DNA from: Cetorhinus maximus
Taxonomy: Eukaryota
Direction: 5' to 3'
Length of the DNA: 64,000 bases
Assembly: GCF_964194155.1 (NCBI RefSeq)
Contig: NC_135879.1
Span: 212,660,001-212,724,000 of the forward strand
Position numbers and translations under genes: made by a program
In this document: positions 49,338 through 63,610 of the stretch, piece after piece
How the letters are laid out: each line of letters opens with the position of its first letter
Numbering within the stretch: position 1 is the stretch's first letter
Notes under the pieces: model-generated
Databases searched by the model: none
The model's input: only the letters and a program-made list of their open reading frames with translations
What the model was told of the DNA's origin: nothing

Positions 49338-50562
49338 CCATACGAACATACGAATTAGGTCACTTGGCTCCTTTAGCCTGCTCTGCCATTCAACAAGATC
49401 ATGGCTAATGTGACATTACTCTCAACTCCAAAGTCCTGCCTACCCCTGATAACCTTTCACCCCCTTGCTTATCAAGAATCTATCCCTAGTTCTAGATTCT
49501 CCCACAAGAGGAAACATCCTCTCCACATCCACCCTGCCAAGACCCCTCAGGATTTTATATGCTTCAATCAAGTCACCTCTTACTCTTCTAAACTCCAACG
49601 GATACAAGCCTAGCCTATCCAGTCTTTCCTCATAAGACAACTCGTGCATTCCAGGTATTAGTCTAGTAAACCTTCTCTGAACTGCTTCCAATGCTTTTAT
49701 ATATTTCCTTAAATAATGAAATCAACACTGTACACAGTATTCTCACCAATGCCCTGTGTAACTGAAGCATAACCTCCCTAGTCTTGTATTCAATTCCCTT
49801 TGCAATAAATGATAACATTCTATTAGTTTTGCTAATTACTTGCTGTACCTGCACACTAGCCTTTTGTGATTTATGCACTAGGACACTGCATCTCCGAGCT
49901 CTGCAATTTCTCACCATTTAGATAATATGCTGCTTTTTTATCCATCCAGCCAAAATGGACAACCTCACATTTTCCCACATTATACTCCACTTGCTAGATC
50001 TTTGTCCACTCACCTAGTCTATCTATATCCTTTTGTAGCCTCCTTATATCCTCTGCAAACTTTACTTTCTTACCTATCTTTGTGTCATCAGCAAATTTAG
50101 CAACCATACCATCAGCCCCTTCATTCAAATCATTTATATAAATTGTAAAAGGTTGAGGCCCCAGAACTGTTCCCTGTGACACACCACTTGTCACACCCTG
50201 CCAACCAGAAAATGACTCATTTATGCCTACTCTCTGTTTCCTGTTAGCTAGCCAATCTTCTATCCATGCCAACATGTCACCCCCTGCACTATGAGCTTTT
50301 ATTTTCCGCAATAACCTTTGATGAGGCACCTTATCAAATGCCTTCTGAAAATCTAAGTACAGTATATCCACTGGTTCCCTTTTATCCACAACATCTGTTA
50401 CTTCTTCAAAGAACTCCAATAAATTGGTTAAACATGATTTCCCTTTCAGAAAACCATGTTGACTCTGCCTGATTACCTTGAATTTATCTAAGTGCCCTGC
50501 TATAACGTCTTTTATAATATCTTCTAACATTTTCCCAATGATTGATGTTATGCTAACTGGCA
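49338..50562 (-). mobile_element. CR1 LINE (HER1-type) RT and 3' end
   Basis: [65 protein letters not shown]; tail (catacgaa)2. Confidence 0.92.
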
Positions 50563-50574
50563 TATTGAAGATAT

Positions 50575-50700
50575 AACTGAGTGGCTTACTAGACCACCAC
50601 AAAACACAGTTAAGAGTCAACCACGCTGGTATGGGACTGAAGTCATATATAAAGCAGACTGGGTAAGGATGGCATTTTTCCTTCCCTAAAGGAAACATTT
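50575..50700 (-). mobile_element. Fragment of the tRNA-headed LINE/SINE 5' body
   Basis: Reverse complement matches 3480-3575 (gggaaggaaa..ccttacc..gtggttgactct..ccactcagtt). Confidence 0.6.
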
Positions 50701-53700
50701 CAATAGAATTTTCCCTTAGGAAACCAAATGAGTGGGGTAGAGTCTTTTGATGGATAAATTGTACATGCATAGTTTCTAAGCATACATTTAAGATCTTTTA
50801 GAAGAATACTCTAAATGGCATAACTGGCCTTTTCTCATTCCATGACTTGTATGCTTTTACATATTGCAGAACCTTCTTACAATCCCTCCTCATCTGTTAT
50901 TGTCCAGTCCACAGGAATCTCTTCATTGATAGGGGCCAACATTAAATGAGGGAAAAGTCAGGAAAGAACGTTTATTCTTAGAGTTGGAAAAGATGGAAAA
51001 CAATAAAACCAAAGTCAAAAAAAAAAGGATAAACTGTGTTTGAGGTGTTTGACATTTCAAAGGCTTTGTTACTCTAATATAATTGTGTCAGCATCACAAT
51101 GGGTGAGCTGAAAACAAATAAAAACATAAGAAAACCCACAGTGAGAAAAGCCATTCTATTCTGGACTTTCCTTCTACACCACCTATTCACCCTCTACATT
51201 ATGGGGCTCTAACTTCCTTCCTCAAACTCCCCAGGGGCAAAAAGTGGTTCTTTTAAAACGACTACACTCAATCAAGCCAAATCCCTTTTAAAAACACCAT
51301 TTTATCTACTGGCTGTGAATCTAAGGGCAGAAAGTTGCACTGTAACAAATGTCGATTTTGTTGCCATATTTTCTCTTTCTGAAAGCAAAATATCCTGATT
51401 AATCCTTGTTTTATTTAATGCTTCCAGAGGTATAACACATATAGTAAGAAACAGCAAAAATATATAAGGGTTAGATAATTTTTAAGAACACTGATATCAG
51501 TTTCCTCATGGGTAGATGGAGTACCTGCAGTTGTGTCAGCCACAAAGACTGGGAAGGTCCCAGGTTTGATCCCTGGGCTGCACTGAGTTGGCTGTCCTAG
51601 ACTGGGATATTGGGGTGTTACCATTAGCTTCACTATCTGGATTCATGTGTATACAATAGCCACCTGGGAACTTGCCAACACCTGTGGAATGATATTCTAG
51701 CAGATGAGGAGGAAGGAAATGCACAGGTGGAGGGCAGAGATACTCCCTCCATCTTCTGATTATTCTAAGGAGAAGTGTTTCACCTCCATAAATACAGCCC
51801 TTCTATTGTCTCTTCCCGTACTATTAGAGATTTACCAGATGGAGAATCAGAGCAATGGGATTGTATCCTCTGGATCCTGCATTCATTATTTCCTCATTTT
51901 CACAAAGCCCAGAAATAGAACTTCTTTCCCTTATAGGGGAAAAAAAGAAAATAAGAAACTAACACAGTGCTGCTTCATGGGTTGTAAAACAAATTAACAG
52001 ACCCTCACATAAAAGGTATTGTCTTCCATTATGTGAAAATAATCATATAGTAGAAAGAACTGCGTTAGCTCTGGTATTAGAGTAAAAATAACACTCCTCC
52101 TGAGGAATGTAGAATCAAGGAAACATTAAAAACATTAAAAAAACAGTAAATGCCCTCTAAAGAGGGCCTGTCCTATCCAAACATTTTGCTTCTCTTTAAA
52201 GTCTTTTTTGCTCACTTCATTAAAAGCCAAGTTACAAATCCACACAGATGGTTGAGAATGTTGCTTTTAACATCCTGTAAGACTGTACTTTGCAGTTCAA
52301 AGGGACTGGGCTGGGTCCTTCCCTTCGTCCTGGCTGCCATTAGCATTCCTTCAATGGACTCAGCACAGACAGTTCATTATATCTCGCTGTGGGGATTGTG
52401 TCCTTATGAAGTCCCACACTACCACAGGGGGCAAGATTCCCAAAAGTCTCCTACAACATCAAGCTGAGTGCGGTTTCTTTTGTTGAGCCTGCCTGCTTGG
52501 GCAGCCGTCATCCAATCCTCAATAACTAATTAACCCTTTTTTTAAAGTTAGTACAATAACAAAGTTGTTATTATAGCCTCTGTGGTTACATTAACCCATT
52601 AAGTACTGCAGTTTTCAAAAGAAAGGGAGGCTTTGTGGTGTATAACCTCTAATAGAGCAGTCAGCCCAAAGGAGAATTAGAAATAGGATCAAGATTAAAC
52701 CAACAAATGCTAGATTCATTGTAATGCTAAAAACTTATTTTTTTTTTCTTTTTTGGCACAAAAGGCTTTGTCAAACTGCATTAAACAATGACAAGAAAGT
52801 CACACCAGATGTTCAATGTGTAAAAACACTCATTGGTGAGGTAGCCAACAGACTAGAAGAGGTCCTCAATTTCAGCTTTGGTCTGTGCTCAATTAACTGA
52901 TCCCTGCCAGGGAGTTGGTTGGGTGTTACTGTTGGCCTCAGGAAATAAACAGAGTAACGCAATCTTTAGAAGCATTGAAGATTATTATGAAGGAGATACC
53001 TTAAATACAAACCATCTTTACATTGTTTTTCTTACTCTTGTTTTAAAAAAAACATTTCACACTTTTCTGAAGGTCGGGGCTTGAGCCTGATCCTGGTCTC
53101 CATCCTAGGGCATTCCTCCAATTGGTGCACTGGCTGAGGTCAGCTAACAGCACTGACCAGGAATCACTGACCTTCTGGTCTGTATGGCCTAGTACTGCAT
53201 TGTGCAGTACTCTTCTGTACTGGGCCATGAGAGAAACCCGACTACAGGTTTTTAAAGAAAGCATTAACAGCATGTGGTATATTAAAAATCCCTGTGAAAG
53301 AGTTCCGTTGTTTTACAAAGGGAGATCATTGCTGGGGATGGCAACAGCTACATCATTCTCATAGTAATGCTGTCACCAGGAAGAAGTTTTATGACGACAT
53401 CCTTGTAACATAGATGGTATCATCACAGCAGACGATTATAGTGTAGGATAAGGTCTCCCATGCAACCTTAGGGTAGTGGCAGTTCACCTTTCACAAAGGA
53501 ACTACATTGTACTCTGGTGTAGGGGAGAGTAACATTAGTACAAAGCTCAGAATGCTACAGTGCAATGCAAACAGCAAAAGACAACCTCGAAGCCATTCAA
53601 TTTTGACTAGTCTCACTTCTGTGCTGAACTTTGCAGCTGTAGCAAATTAAGATGCAGGGTGCAAACAGTTTGAGAGTGAAACACATTCGACTGATCTACT

Positions 53701-56382
53701 CTCTAATTTGAAATGTAATAGAGATATCCATAACACTTATTACTGTCTCTAATCACCTGTCATTGCCTTCTTCTGTTGTTCAAGACTACAGGCTAAAGGC
53801 ACGTTGCAAGTGACAATTTTGCATAGAACTTTGATTTATTTGAATCCAGTACATTTTACTGGTGTGATCATAATGGAATTCATTTGTTTATGTGAACTTG
53901 TATTAATGTTAAGTAACTGGTAGAAGTAGGGCACAAGGGGTTAGACTTGGAAAGAATGAATGTTCTTTTCTTGTAAATGACTTATTTTGAAGGAAGCTGG
54001 ATCAACACCATTTTTGGATTTGGGAAAATCACAATGAAAAGACTAACTCTTAATATTTGGTTGACTTCAGTAAGCTTCCTAGAAAAGCAGAAACGCACTG
54101 CCCTCATAAACCACGCACACGCTTATTTAGAGACTCAGCCAGCCATTTATTACTTATATTTTTTAAAATTAAAATGTTTAGTTTCAAATTACTTCTTTGG
54201 CACTGGGTAAAAACAACTGCAAAAATACAAGTAATTATTCACAGTGCTGTGAATGGTTCCGACTAGTCCTGCCAATCAATTCATAGACCAATTCAAGTTA
54301 GAAGGCAATTAAATAACATCAGATTTAATGCAGTTAAAAAAAATATACATACTTTTCCCCAATCTTTTCCTCTCCTGTTCTGAAGGTGCTGACACATTGA
54401 GGGTTACAGTTTCCTGGGTGCTGGTTTTTCTCAGGTACCTCACTGAATCTTCACACATGGTTGAATACTCCAAATGTTGGAACCCTACTTCAACTGCATA
54501 GGGTATTGCAGCCAGATTTGATCCTAACCTTACCGGACATGTCCATGTGCACCTTTTCCAGCTGGGATTGTTGGATAGTGAGCAGGGAACCTGGAAGGTG
54601 TTCTCCTTTCTAGCCTAAGGAGAATAATGCCAATTATATAATCCTGCTGCCACCTTGGCTGAGTCCAGTAAAACCTAACTCAAGCCCAGGGATCAAACAA
54701 GAAGCTAGAAGCAGATTTTTAATTTGATCAATATTTTCCCAGATTAGGCTTGTAGTTTCAAGATTTCCCACAAACAAATAAATCAACTAATTGTCTTGCG
54801 GCAATGGCCTGCCCCTTTCAGGTACTGATCTAATATTGCTGACCACCAGTAAGGTGGCTGCCAGGGTGACACAGCAGCCCACCACTTGTTGTGGAGGTTT
54901 TGTGGCTCAGTAGGTTAGTACCCCACCGCTGAGCCAGAAGCTCTGTGTTCAAGTCCCACTCAAGGATTTGTTGGCTATGGAAGAAGTGTTTGTGGTCCAG
55001 CACTTCCTCACCCTTCCCCAAAAGGGCAAAAAATTGCGTGTGAAGATACAAAACAAACAAGTCAGTTGTTTGTTAATGACTTCACCGTGAGATTGCTTTT
55101 AAGCAATGGTTATTTCCAGATCTTGCTGCGCAGAGTAATCCCAACCTTTTATGGGCACTGGGAAGGGTTCAACCCTGAGACTCACGTTGGAAGGTGGAGA
55201 GGGGAATCACATTTCGTAACACTTCTGGTGACGCAGCTGACTGACAGGAATTATTGGAACTTTGCGCATGAACAAATAAATGAGCTCTCAGATTTGAGAA
55301 GTGGGGAGCTCTTGATCTCAGGCAGGTTGTTCAGAAGCCACAGACTGAACCTTGAAAGAAAAGTGTTATGAGACATCGGAGGAATAAATGTGCTGAATAT
55401 TACTTTTAAGAGCATAGGTATAAAAGATGACAAAATTGAAGAGCAAGGCAGTCAGGAAGCTGCAAAATGAGATGATAGAGCAGAGGAACAAAAAGCGTAG
55501 GTGCACAAGTGTCTTTTCTCCCGCGAGAGCAAAAGAATTGAATGATAAGTCAACCTTCTAGAGCTTGCCTGTGCCCATCATCAATTGCTCTCACAGGTTA
55601 TCTTCATCAGGGACCCTGCATGGCTGCAGAGAGAACCCAAGGGAAGTGCAATAAAACAAAAGTAGATAAAAATTTAACATTTAATGTTATAATTTAATGG
55701 TATAATCCACCTATGGCCAGCCAATTTAGAAGTGGTGATGGAATATTTTACAGCATCCTCAATTCATTAGAAAACTGTTTGAAGCAGAAATTCCCCACAT
55801 TGGGCAGAAGTCTGGAGTGCGAAGCGACCACACACAGGAAAACAGTACCGTCTGTAATAGGTGCCCAGGGCTGGGGAGGATTGTTTGATATGAGGGGTAA
55901 AGCATGGATGCCAGAGATAACAAATTGATATCAACCCTTACACGGCAGACAGTGGTGGGACAGGGGGAGAAGTTAAAGACTTAAATATGGGGAATGCACC
56001 CTCAGCCTTCGCACACACAGCCTATGCCTTTTGTGCAACGGCAGATATTGAGGCATCCAAGTGTTCTGTCATGGAGAAGTGGCAGACTTCATTAACATAT
56101 TGAAATGTGGATCTCCACATTTAATTCATTGCTGTTGCTAGGGTTTCTCAGCAAAAGCTGGCAGTGGAATGCAAGTGGGAGCTGCTGGCTCCACCACAAG
56201 AGTTGCAGGAATGCTTCCCCCGGCCTCTTAAGGAAGCCTTTGGTGATCGTGGATTCTCTCTGCACCATGCTGTATTTACTGCACAACCCCAAGCCCCAAA
56301 GGCTGACTTTTTCCCAAACCCTCCAGATTCTATGGCTGCCCTTCACTCCTGCAACGATTGCTGGCCCTTCCCCCTTGCAATG

Positions 56383-57500
56383 GTATCTTAGTCTTTATTG
56401 TAAGAGGATTTGAGTACAGGAGTAAAGAAGTCTTGATGCAATTGGAAAGGGACTTGGTAAGAATGCACCTGGGGTATTGTGTACAGTTTTGGTCTCCTTG
56501 CCTAAGAAGGAAGAATAGACTTGCCATAGAGGGAGTGCAATGAAAGTTCACCAGATTGATTCCTAGGATGGTGGGATTGTCCTAACAGTGATTGAGAAAA
56601 CTGGGCCTGCATTCTCTAGAGCTCAGAAGAATGACAGGTGATCTCTTTGAAGCATACAAAATTCTTACAGGGCTTAACAGGATAGACGTAGGAAGGATGC
56701 CTCCCTGGGCTGGGGGTGTTCTAGAACCAGATCAGTAGATCAGTAACCAGAGGACACAAATTTAAGGCACTTGGCAAAAGACTGGGGGGAGATGAGTAGG
56801 CATTCTATTTTACACAGCAAGTTGTTATCTGAAATGCATTGCCTGACTCGGTGGTGGAAGCAGATTTGCTAGAAACTTCCAAAAAGGAATTGGATAAATA
56901 TTTACATAAATATTTGAAAAGACAAAAACTTTGCAGCGCCATGGCGAACAGTGGGAGAGTGGGATTACAGTAATTGGATAGCTCTTTTGCAATGGGCCGA
57001 ATGGCTTCCTTGTGTGCTGTGCGATTCTATGAATGTTTGAGCTGAGATCAGCTCATTCAGCACAGGCCATAGAGGGCAGTACATGGAGGAAAACAGTCCA
57101 TCTAGATTTCTCTGAATAAGTTACACCCTGTCTTCTTGATTCAGCTCAAGTGCCAAAATTCTGAAGTTCTCTTGTGGCTCAATTCACTATTTATCAACTG
57201 CAGCCAGATATCTTGACCTTTCAGGCTACTTCATATTAGTCACTGCGTGTATGTTAATTTTTGTAAATATATTTTTTGTTGTTCACATTAAGTTGAAAAA
57301 AAATATTTTGTTATATTTGTCTCAGTCTCAGAATATTGGAGATTAATAGATTTCTTGATATTAAAAATATCGAGGGATATGGGGATAGAGCGGGAAAATG
57401 GCCTGGAGGTAGAAGATCAGCTGGGATCTAGTTGAATGGTGGAGCAGGCTCAAGGGGGCTGAATGGCCTACTCCTGCTCCTATTTCATATGTTCATAGGT
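56383..57500 (+). mobile_element. CR1 3' fragment interrupted by a 582-bp duplicated block
   Basis: FIVRGFEYRSKEVLMQL..LVRMHLGYCVQFWSP; resumes at about 57320 and ends ggcctactcctgctcctatttcatatgttc. Confidence 0.85.
56738..57319 (+). repeat. 582-bp direct duplication, inserted copy
   Basis: Ungapped match to 58956-59537 with about 4 substitutions by eye. Confidence 0.95.
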
Positions 57501-57689
57501 TCCTATGGTTGCAGGGGACTACTAAACATCCCTGGCAATGGCCTCCTGTTGCTGGTTTCCCCTCCCAGCCACCGGCATCTGCTGGATGGGGAACACAACA
57601 AGAAATTGACCGAGGTCCTGCTATTAAGTTCAGCAAGATGCCTACATCCCTGGTTTGGTGGATTCTTCAGCCTCCCCATTTTTTTGCGA

Positions 57690-58350
57690 ATATTGAAGCC
57701 AACAAGTCTGTTTAAGACACTGGTATAGTCAGGCCTTTGGTGCTGTGTACAGTTCTGGTTACTGTACTACAGTAATAACCAAGCATCATAGGCAGTACAG
57801 AAAGGACTACCAACATGATAACTAGCTTAAAGAAAAGCAAAGTATTGCAGACACTCAAAATCTGAAAACAAAATGCTGGAAACACTCAGCAAGTCAGGCA
57901 GCATCTGTGGAGAGAGAAACAGAGTTAACATTTCAGGTCAATAACCTATCTTAAGTCCTGACTTGTAATGAGAGGCAAAAGCCTGGGATTATTTACTCTG
58001 GAGAAGTGAAGGTTAAGGGAAGATATTCTTAAGGGAATTGGTCCCCAATAATATTTTCAAGATTGCTTCAAACTTTGGAACGTTGGCATGGGTTCAAGTT
58101 TAGAAAATGCACAGACAGTTAAGTTTTTAGCTACTTAATGATAAATATTTAGCTTAAACATGTGGAATGGACTGACCAGGGAACCAGTGGAAGCTGATAA
58201 TGTGGAAAAATTTCAGGGAGAATTGGATGGATATTTAAGGGCCGGTGTTGGGGGGCGGTGGGGGGGGGCGGTCAGTGATTGATTTGAATTCCTTTCTGGG
58301 ACTGGTCAGATAAACTGGATTCCTGTCCTAGCTTTTACTTTCTTATGTTC
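57690..58350 (+). mobile_element. Decayed CR1 3' fragment with a nested Penelope-like piece (about 57840-57950, minus strand)
   Basis: ggtcaggcct/tgtgtacagttctgg CR1 motifs; insert aatgctggaaacactcagcaagtcaggcagcatctgtggagagagaaacagagttaacatttcaggtc. Confidence 0.6.
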
Positions 58351-58854
58351 CTAATGCTGACTTTGTTTCCAAATGATTAAAACTTCTCCTTTCCTTAGTA
58401 GTGATATCTCTAATTTTTATTGGCCTAAAATCCCTCCATTAGCTGAGTGTTGATGGAGGAGGGTGGGGGAAGGGATGGTCAAACATCACAGTTGATCTCA
58501 ATCTTGTCCTCAATCAACATCCTCAAATGGACACATTGCAGCTGGTATACTAAATAACGAGCAGAACACGTTGAGAAAACAAGGTAATGTTGGTAAAACC
58601 TCAGGCTTATTCTCAACATTTTAACTTCATTGCTACAACCCAGGGGACCTCCAGCAAAATGAAGTGATGAGGGATGAAAAGAAATACCCCACATTGCCAC
58701 TTAGATGTGGCTTGAAAATCCATAACTCTTGCATGTTATCTTTTCCCAAAAGTGTCTGGAAAGGAGAACCAACACCTCAGAGACCAAGGGTAACATTCCC
58801 CACCACCCCCCCCAACTTCTTCATCATGATTACTGACTACAAGAGCTGGGCTTG

Positions 58855-59250
58855 ATCTTCTTACAGCAGAGAAGGTAAAGGGGAGATTTAATAGAGGTGT
58901 TCAAAATTATGAAAGGTTTCGATAATTAAAGAGAAACTGTTTGCACTGGCAGGTGGATCAGTAACCAGAGGACACAAATTTAAGGCACTTGGCAAAAGAC
59001 CGGGGGGAGATGAGTAGGCATTCTATTTTACACAGCAAGTTGTTATCTGAAATGCATTGCCTGACTCGGTGGTGGAAGCAGATTTGCTAGAAACTTCCAA
59101 AAAGGAATTGGATAAATATTTACATAAATATTTGAAAAGACAAAAACTTTGCAGCGCCATGGCAAACAGTGGGAGAGTGGGATTACAGTAATTGGATAGC
59201 TCTTTTGCAATGGGCCGAATGGCTTCCTTGTGTGCTGTGCGATTCTATGA
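58855..59250 (+). mobile_element. CR1 3' end
   Basis: RR*RGDLIEVFKIMKGFD-like block and tail gggccgaatggcttccttgtgtgctgt..ttctatga. Confidence 0.75.
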
Positions 59251-59537
59251 ATGTTTGAGCTGAGATCAGCTCATTCAGCACAGGCCATAGAGGGCAGTAC
59301 ATGGAGGAAAACAGTCCATCTAGATTTCTCTGAATAAGTTACACCCTGTCTTCTTGATTCAGCTCAAGTGCCAAAATTCTGAAGTTCTCTTGTGGCTCAA
59401 TTCACTATTTATCAACTGCAGCCAGACATCTTGACCTTTCAGGCTACTTCATATTAGTCACTGCGTGTATTTTAATTTTTGTAAATATATTTTTTGTTGT
59501 TCACATTAAGTTGAAAAAAAATATTTTGTTATATTTG
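58956..59537 (+). repeat. 582-bp direct duplication, probable donor copy
   Basis: Continuous with its own upstream CR1 sequence; spans the CR1 tail plus downstream non-CR1 DNA. Confidence 0.95.
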
Positions 59538-62500
59538 ACTGTTACACTTGTTTTTAAAAAATGGGTTACAGCCTCAGGGATGGACAGAATATGGGCAGTG
59601 GGGAGGGTGGGGGCCAAACTGTTGCCATCTGTTAATCAAAGTCTCACTGGCTCCACTGTGCTGTCTAATGTCTCTAGCTTTTTCATGGTCTCGTCTGATA
59701 AGGACAGTTGGCACCCATAAGTCGACAAGTCTAGGGTGAAAAGGTCACAGAGTGCTGAACTGCTTTTGTAAGGGGACAGCAAAAATGCTCAGTGCCTCTG
59801 AACGGCAGACATTCAGCTGCCGGAAAAATAATGGACCATCTGGCCGTTAATGTAAAACCACTTTCAGCTATATTTCAGTAAGGGGGGACACCGAAGGTTC
59901 ACAAGACATTGAAAGAATATTGGATTACTGCTTTTGTTTTGAATGAAACAGCAGTTGTGCAGCTTCAGGACCAAGTGTGGTCTGCCCCAGGCTCATACTG
60001 TCAGAGGACAGAAGCTCTCTTCTGCTCAGCTAAAAAACAATTAATAATACCTTCTGTAACTTTTGAGGAATTTGATCACATTCCATGTTCTTTAAAACAA
60101 ATTATACTTCAATATATCGTGAACACTGGGAATTCTAAGATTTAAAATGTAAAATGCTGGTTACATATAGCAGGTCAATTAGAATCAGAGAAAGATGGGC
60201 TCAGAGCTGTTCTGATGAATAGTTAACCCCAAACTTAACTTTCCATTCGCCCTGCTTTGCATTTTCAATGTTACTTATCTTTTTTGGAAAGATTTAAAAC
60301 AATGGCGTTTAGCACACAGCCTGCCTCCGCATCACCTTTTATCTGCAAAATGGCAATACTGTAATACTAATAGGAGATAGGGCAAGCCAAACACAAGCAC
60401 AAGGGCCATGTTGAGATAACAAGACTGACAGGAGGTAAAATATCCATCGTTGTAGCAAAAAGGTAAACATTAGTTCTCTAACTGCTTTGTACTAGCATTG
60501 AATTTTTCAAAAAGGTTCCAGAGAAGTGTTCAGGTTGTATTGTGGAACTGCCTAAGGTAGCATTATTGGTATATTATTAGCATTATTGGTTTCAGGGTGG
60601 GGTGTGGGCAGCAGCTGTACTCTCCTGTCGCATCATGCTATAGTGCAGAATGCTGTAACATTTCTTAGGCTGGGCCTGTGCAAGGCAGTACTTGAGACTG
60701 TGGCTCCAGAAGAAACCTTGTTGAGCAACATTGGTTTAAGTGAATGTCACCCTTCCTCACCCCTGAATTTGTAGGGAGAGATACTTCTAGTCCATTTACA
60801 CACATGCAAACTAAAGGTATTTCAGTCTCACAGGTTCAATTTGTCTTTTGCTGAAACACTTTTGCATCATTTACATACATCACCTTTGTGAATATGGCAG
60901 CAATCTTTCAACATGAAACCAATTTTTGAAAAATGCTGTAAACACAGGTTCATCAGCCATAAGAGAAAAGGCAGTTTAATGATTTTAGTCTTTTTTAATT
61001 CATTCATGGGATGTGGACATCGCTGCCTCAGCCAGCATTTATTGCCCATCCCTAACTGCCCTTGATTTTCGTGCAGAGTCTTCATCATAGCTAAGGATTT
61101 TGCCAAAATACAATATATATTTTTTTCAAGTCTGACAAATTTGCAAGTTTTATTTTAGATTCATAGCTTTATTCTTTTGCTGCATATTGAATAGGCTCTC
61201 TGATAAAAGACTTGCATTTATATAGCACTTTTCACGACCACGGAACATCTCAGAATTTTACAGCCAATGAAGTATTTTTGAGGTGTGATCACTGTCATAA
61301 TGTAGGAAGCGCAGCAGCCCAGCAAGCTCACACAAACAGCAGCATGATAATGATCAGATGGTCTGTTTTTCCAATGTTGATTGATATGAAAATAAGATTT
61401 GCAAAATCATATCAAAATGGCCCAATGTAGGTACTTTTCCATTGTGAAATTATTTCAATGGATGGCTGACTCTTATCTTGCCACATCAGTTTTACTGTTA
61501 CATTTACAGTCAAACTAATGAATGTTGCAGGAGTGATGTCACAGAGCACAAGCTAAGATCCTCTGAGCTGTGCCTCAATGCTTGACTTACTGTCTCATGA
61601 GTGTCTGGTGCACTAAACCACTGCCTAGGAAACAATACCATACCATCAAGGCCTTCATGGCACTCAGTTTATTGCCAGCCAATGTGACCATCTCATTATG
61701 AAGCAAGGCTAACTGCAGTTTATTCAGAGAGAAAAATCAGTTTTCAGAATTACATAAGGGAGTAAGGAAACAGTCTCACCCCTGCCTCAGTGTCACTAAA
61801 TACTGTTATCCTGATGTGCTGATATGTGAATTGACAGAAAATTTCATATCACCTGCATGTTCAGGAACAACATTAAGATGCTTTTACAATGCCTAGTTTT
61901 TCACTGTTTTCCTTAGCAAGATACCATCCAATCTATAGCCTGAATTTTAACTCAGGGTAGCAGTTGTTGGGTGGGATGGAAGGGCACCTCTGTCTGGCCT
62001 GAGACTGGAAGAGGTTTTAATTCCCTGACCCCACCTGCACTGCCTGATACTGGTGAACGAGCAGGATCAAAATTGGGACGGATGTGTCACTGTCTTACCC
62101 CGCCCCCCAACTTTATGTAGGTGAGCAGTGGTCCTGATAGGATCCGCCCCATAATTCAGAGATCAAATTGTTTTGGCAGTGTAAATATGAAGGGAGGTGG
62201 CTCCCCACATTTAGCTTCCTGACACAAGCTGATAAATAAGAATAGCCCATTTGTAGACCTGCGTTACTTTGAATCTACGATTCTGTTGCTTCACCAAGGA
62301 CGGGACATTTACACAGACAAGCGAGTCATCAGGTGAGGCACTGCTTCACCCAGCCTCAACCCTGCGCAGACTTTTTAAACCAGCAGGACCTTTACATTTG
62401 TCAGCTGCCTGAATTTCTTTGCCTCCACTTACTGAGAGTCGCACCCGACCCCTCCATTTACATTTGAAAATTAGGTTCAATTTTAACGGCAGGGCGGCAG

Positions 62501-62889
62501 TGAAGCGGCTGCCTTGTCTGAACCCTGCCGACCTGTCTGATTCTCTTTTCCTGACTAAAATGCAACGTGAGAGTTGGGGGGCGGATACACTTCCCGTGGG
62601 AAAGTTCCCAGGATGGATTTATCAGTCAATGTGCTTCAGACAACCCCCAAGCCTCATCCAGCTTTATAAGGTTGGTGGTGGGATTCCGTAGGAAGGGCAC
62701 ATTGCCATGGTAACACACTGGCTCGGTTAAAGTTTATAGCTGTGCTTCACCTGTCAAGAGAGGTCACCAGCCACTAATGCAGCTGATAAAGGATAATAAT
62801 AGTTAATCGTCTCGTTTGTTCGGCCCATTCCCTGAAGCTCCCACTGTGCTGCCTGAATCAGTGGCTACGCTTTGGTAAACTTTGCTTCG

Positions 62890-63610
62890 TTCTCTACCTA
62901 GATATCAAAAAGCTTGAGACAGATGTTCCGAACAAAAGGCCATGACTTAACCTAAATGTCGACGGGAATGCCTGGTGGCACCCAGAAACGTATAAGAAAT
63001 TGGCTAAAAAGTAGGAAGCAATGGGCAGATGTTGTAAAAAATGTGTTGTGGATGGGGTGGGGGAGGAAAGAAGAGAAATCTGAGATTGTCAGTATTGACA
63101 TCCTTACTATTCCTCTAATTGATGGTCATGATTTGCGATCACATGCTTAATGTGAACTGGTTAAATTCCCAGATGATCCCAATTTCTTGGGGGGGGGGGG
63201 GGGGGGGGAAGAGTCGAAAAGTCAAAACTAATGTGACATATCACCATCTATAAAAGGAGTTAGATGAAATGTGGAAGTAATGTGGCAGACTGAAGTATAA
63301 AATATTGTGCAAAAGGAAAAAGAAACAGATGTTACTGGTACTCCATGAACTGCTCAGGCTGAAGTTCAAAGAGATCTAGGTGTATTAGTAGATTTGATGC
63401 TTTACACATCAGTTACTTTTCAGCAACAATCAAACAATACAGAATAAACTAGAGAATGTCATGCTAAAATCATAATGCTTTGGTCAGACTGCAGCTTGAG
63501 TGCTACGTCCTGAGACATGAGGGAGGCCTTCAAATGGTGAAGATCATTCAAAAAAACCCCACAAGAATTGTCACTGCACCAGAGTACTGAGTTAAGAGCA
63601 AAGCTACAGG
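62890..63610 (+). mobile_element. Highly decayed CR1 RT fragment
   Basis: YLDIKK, IRNWLKSRKQ, KFPDD, gagatctaggtgt, ttggtcagactgcagcttgagtgct in CR1 order. Confidence 0.55.

Noticed and set aside
55066-55371. 101-aa ORF with an acceptor-like ttatttccag
   Set aside because: No recognisable homology and no good donor site
60130-60280. Fifth hammerhead-like copy (ctgatgaatagttaaccccaaac)
   Set aside because: Too decayed: stem II and GAAA are not recoverable
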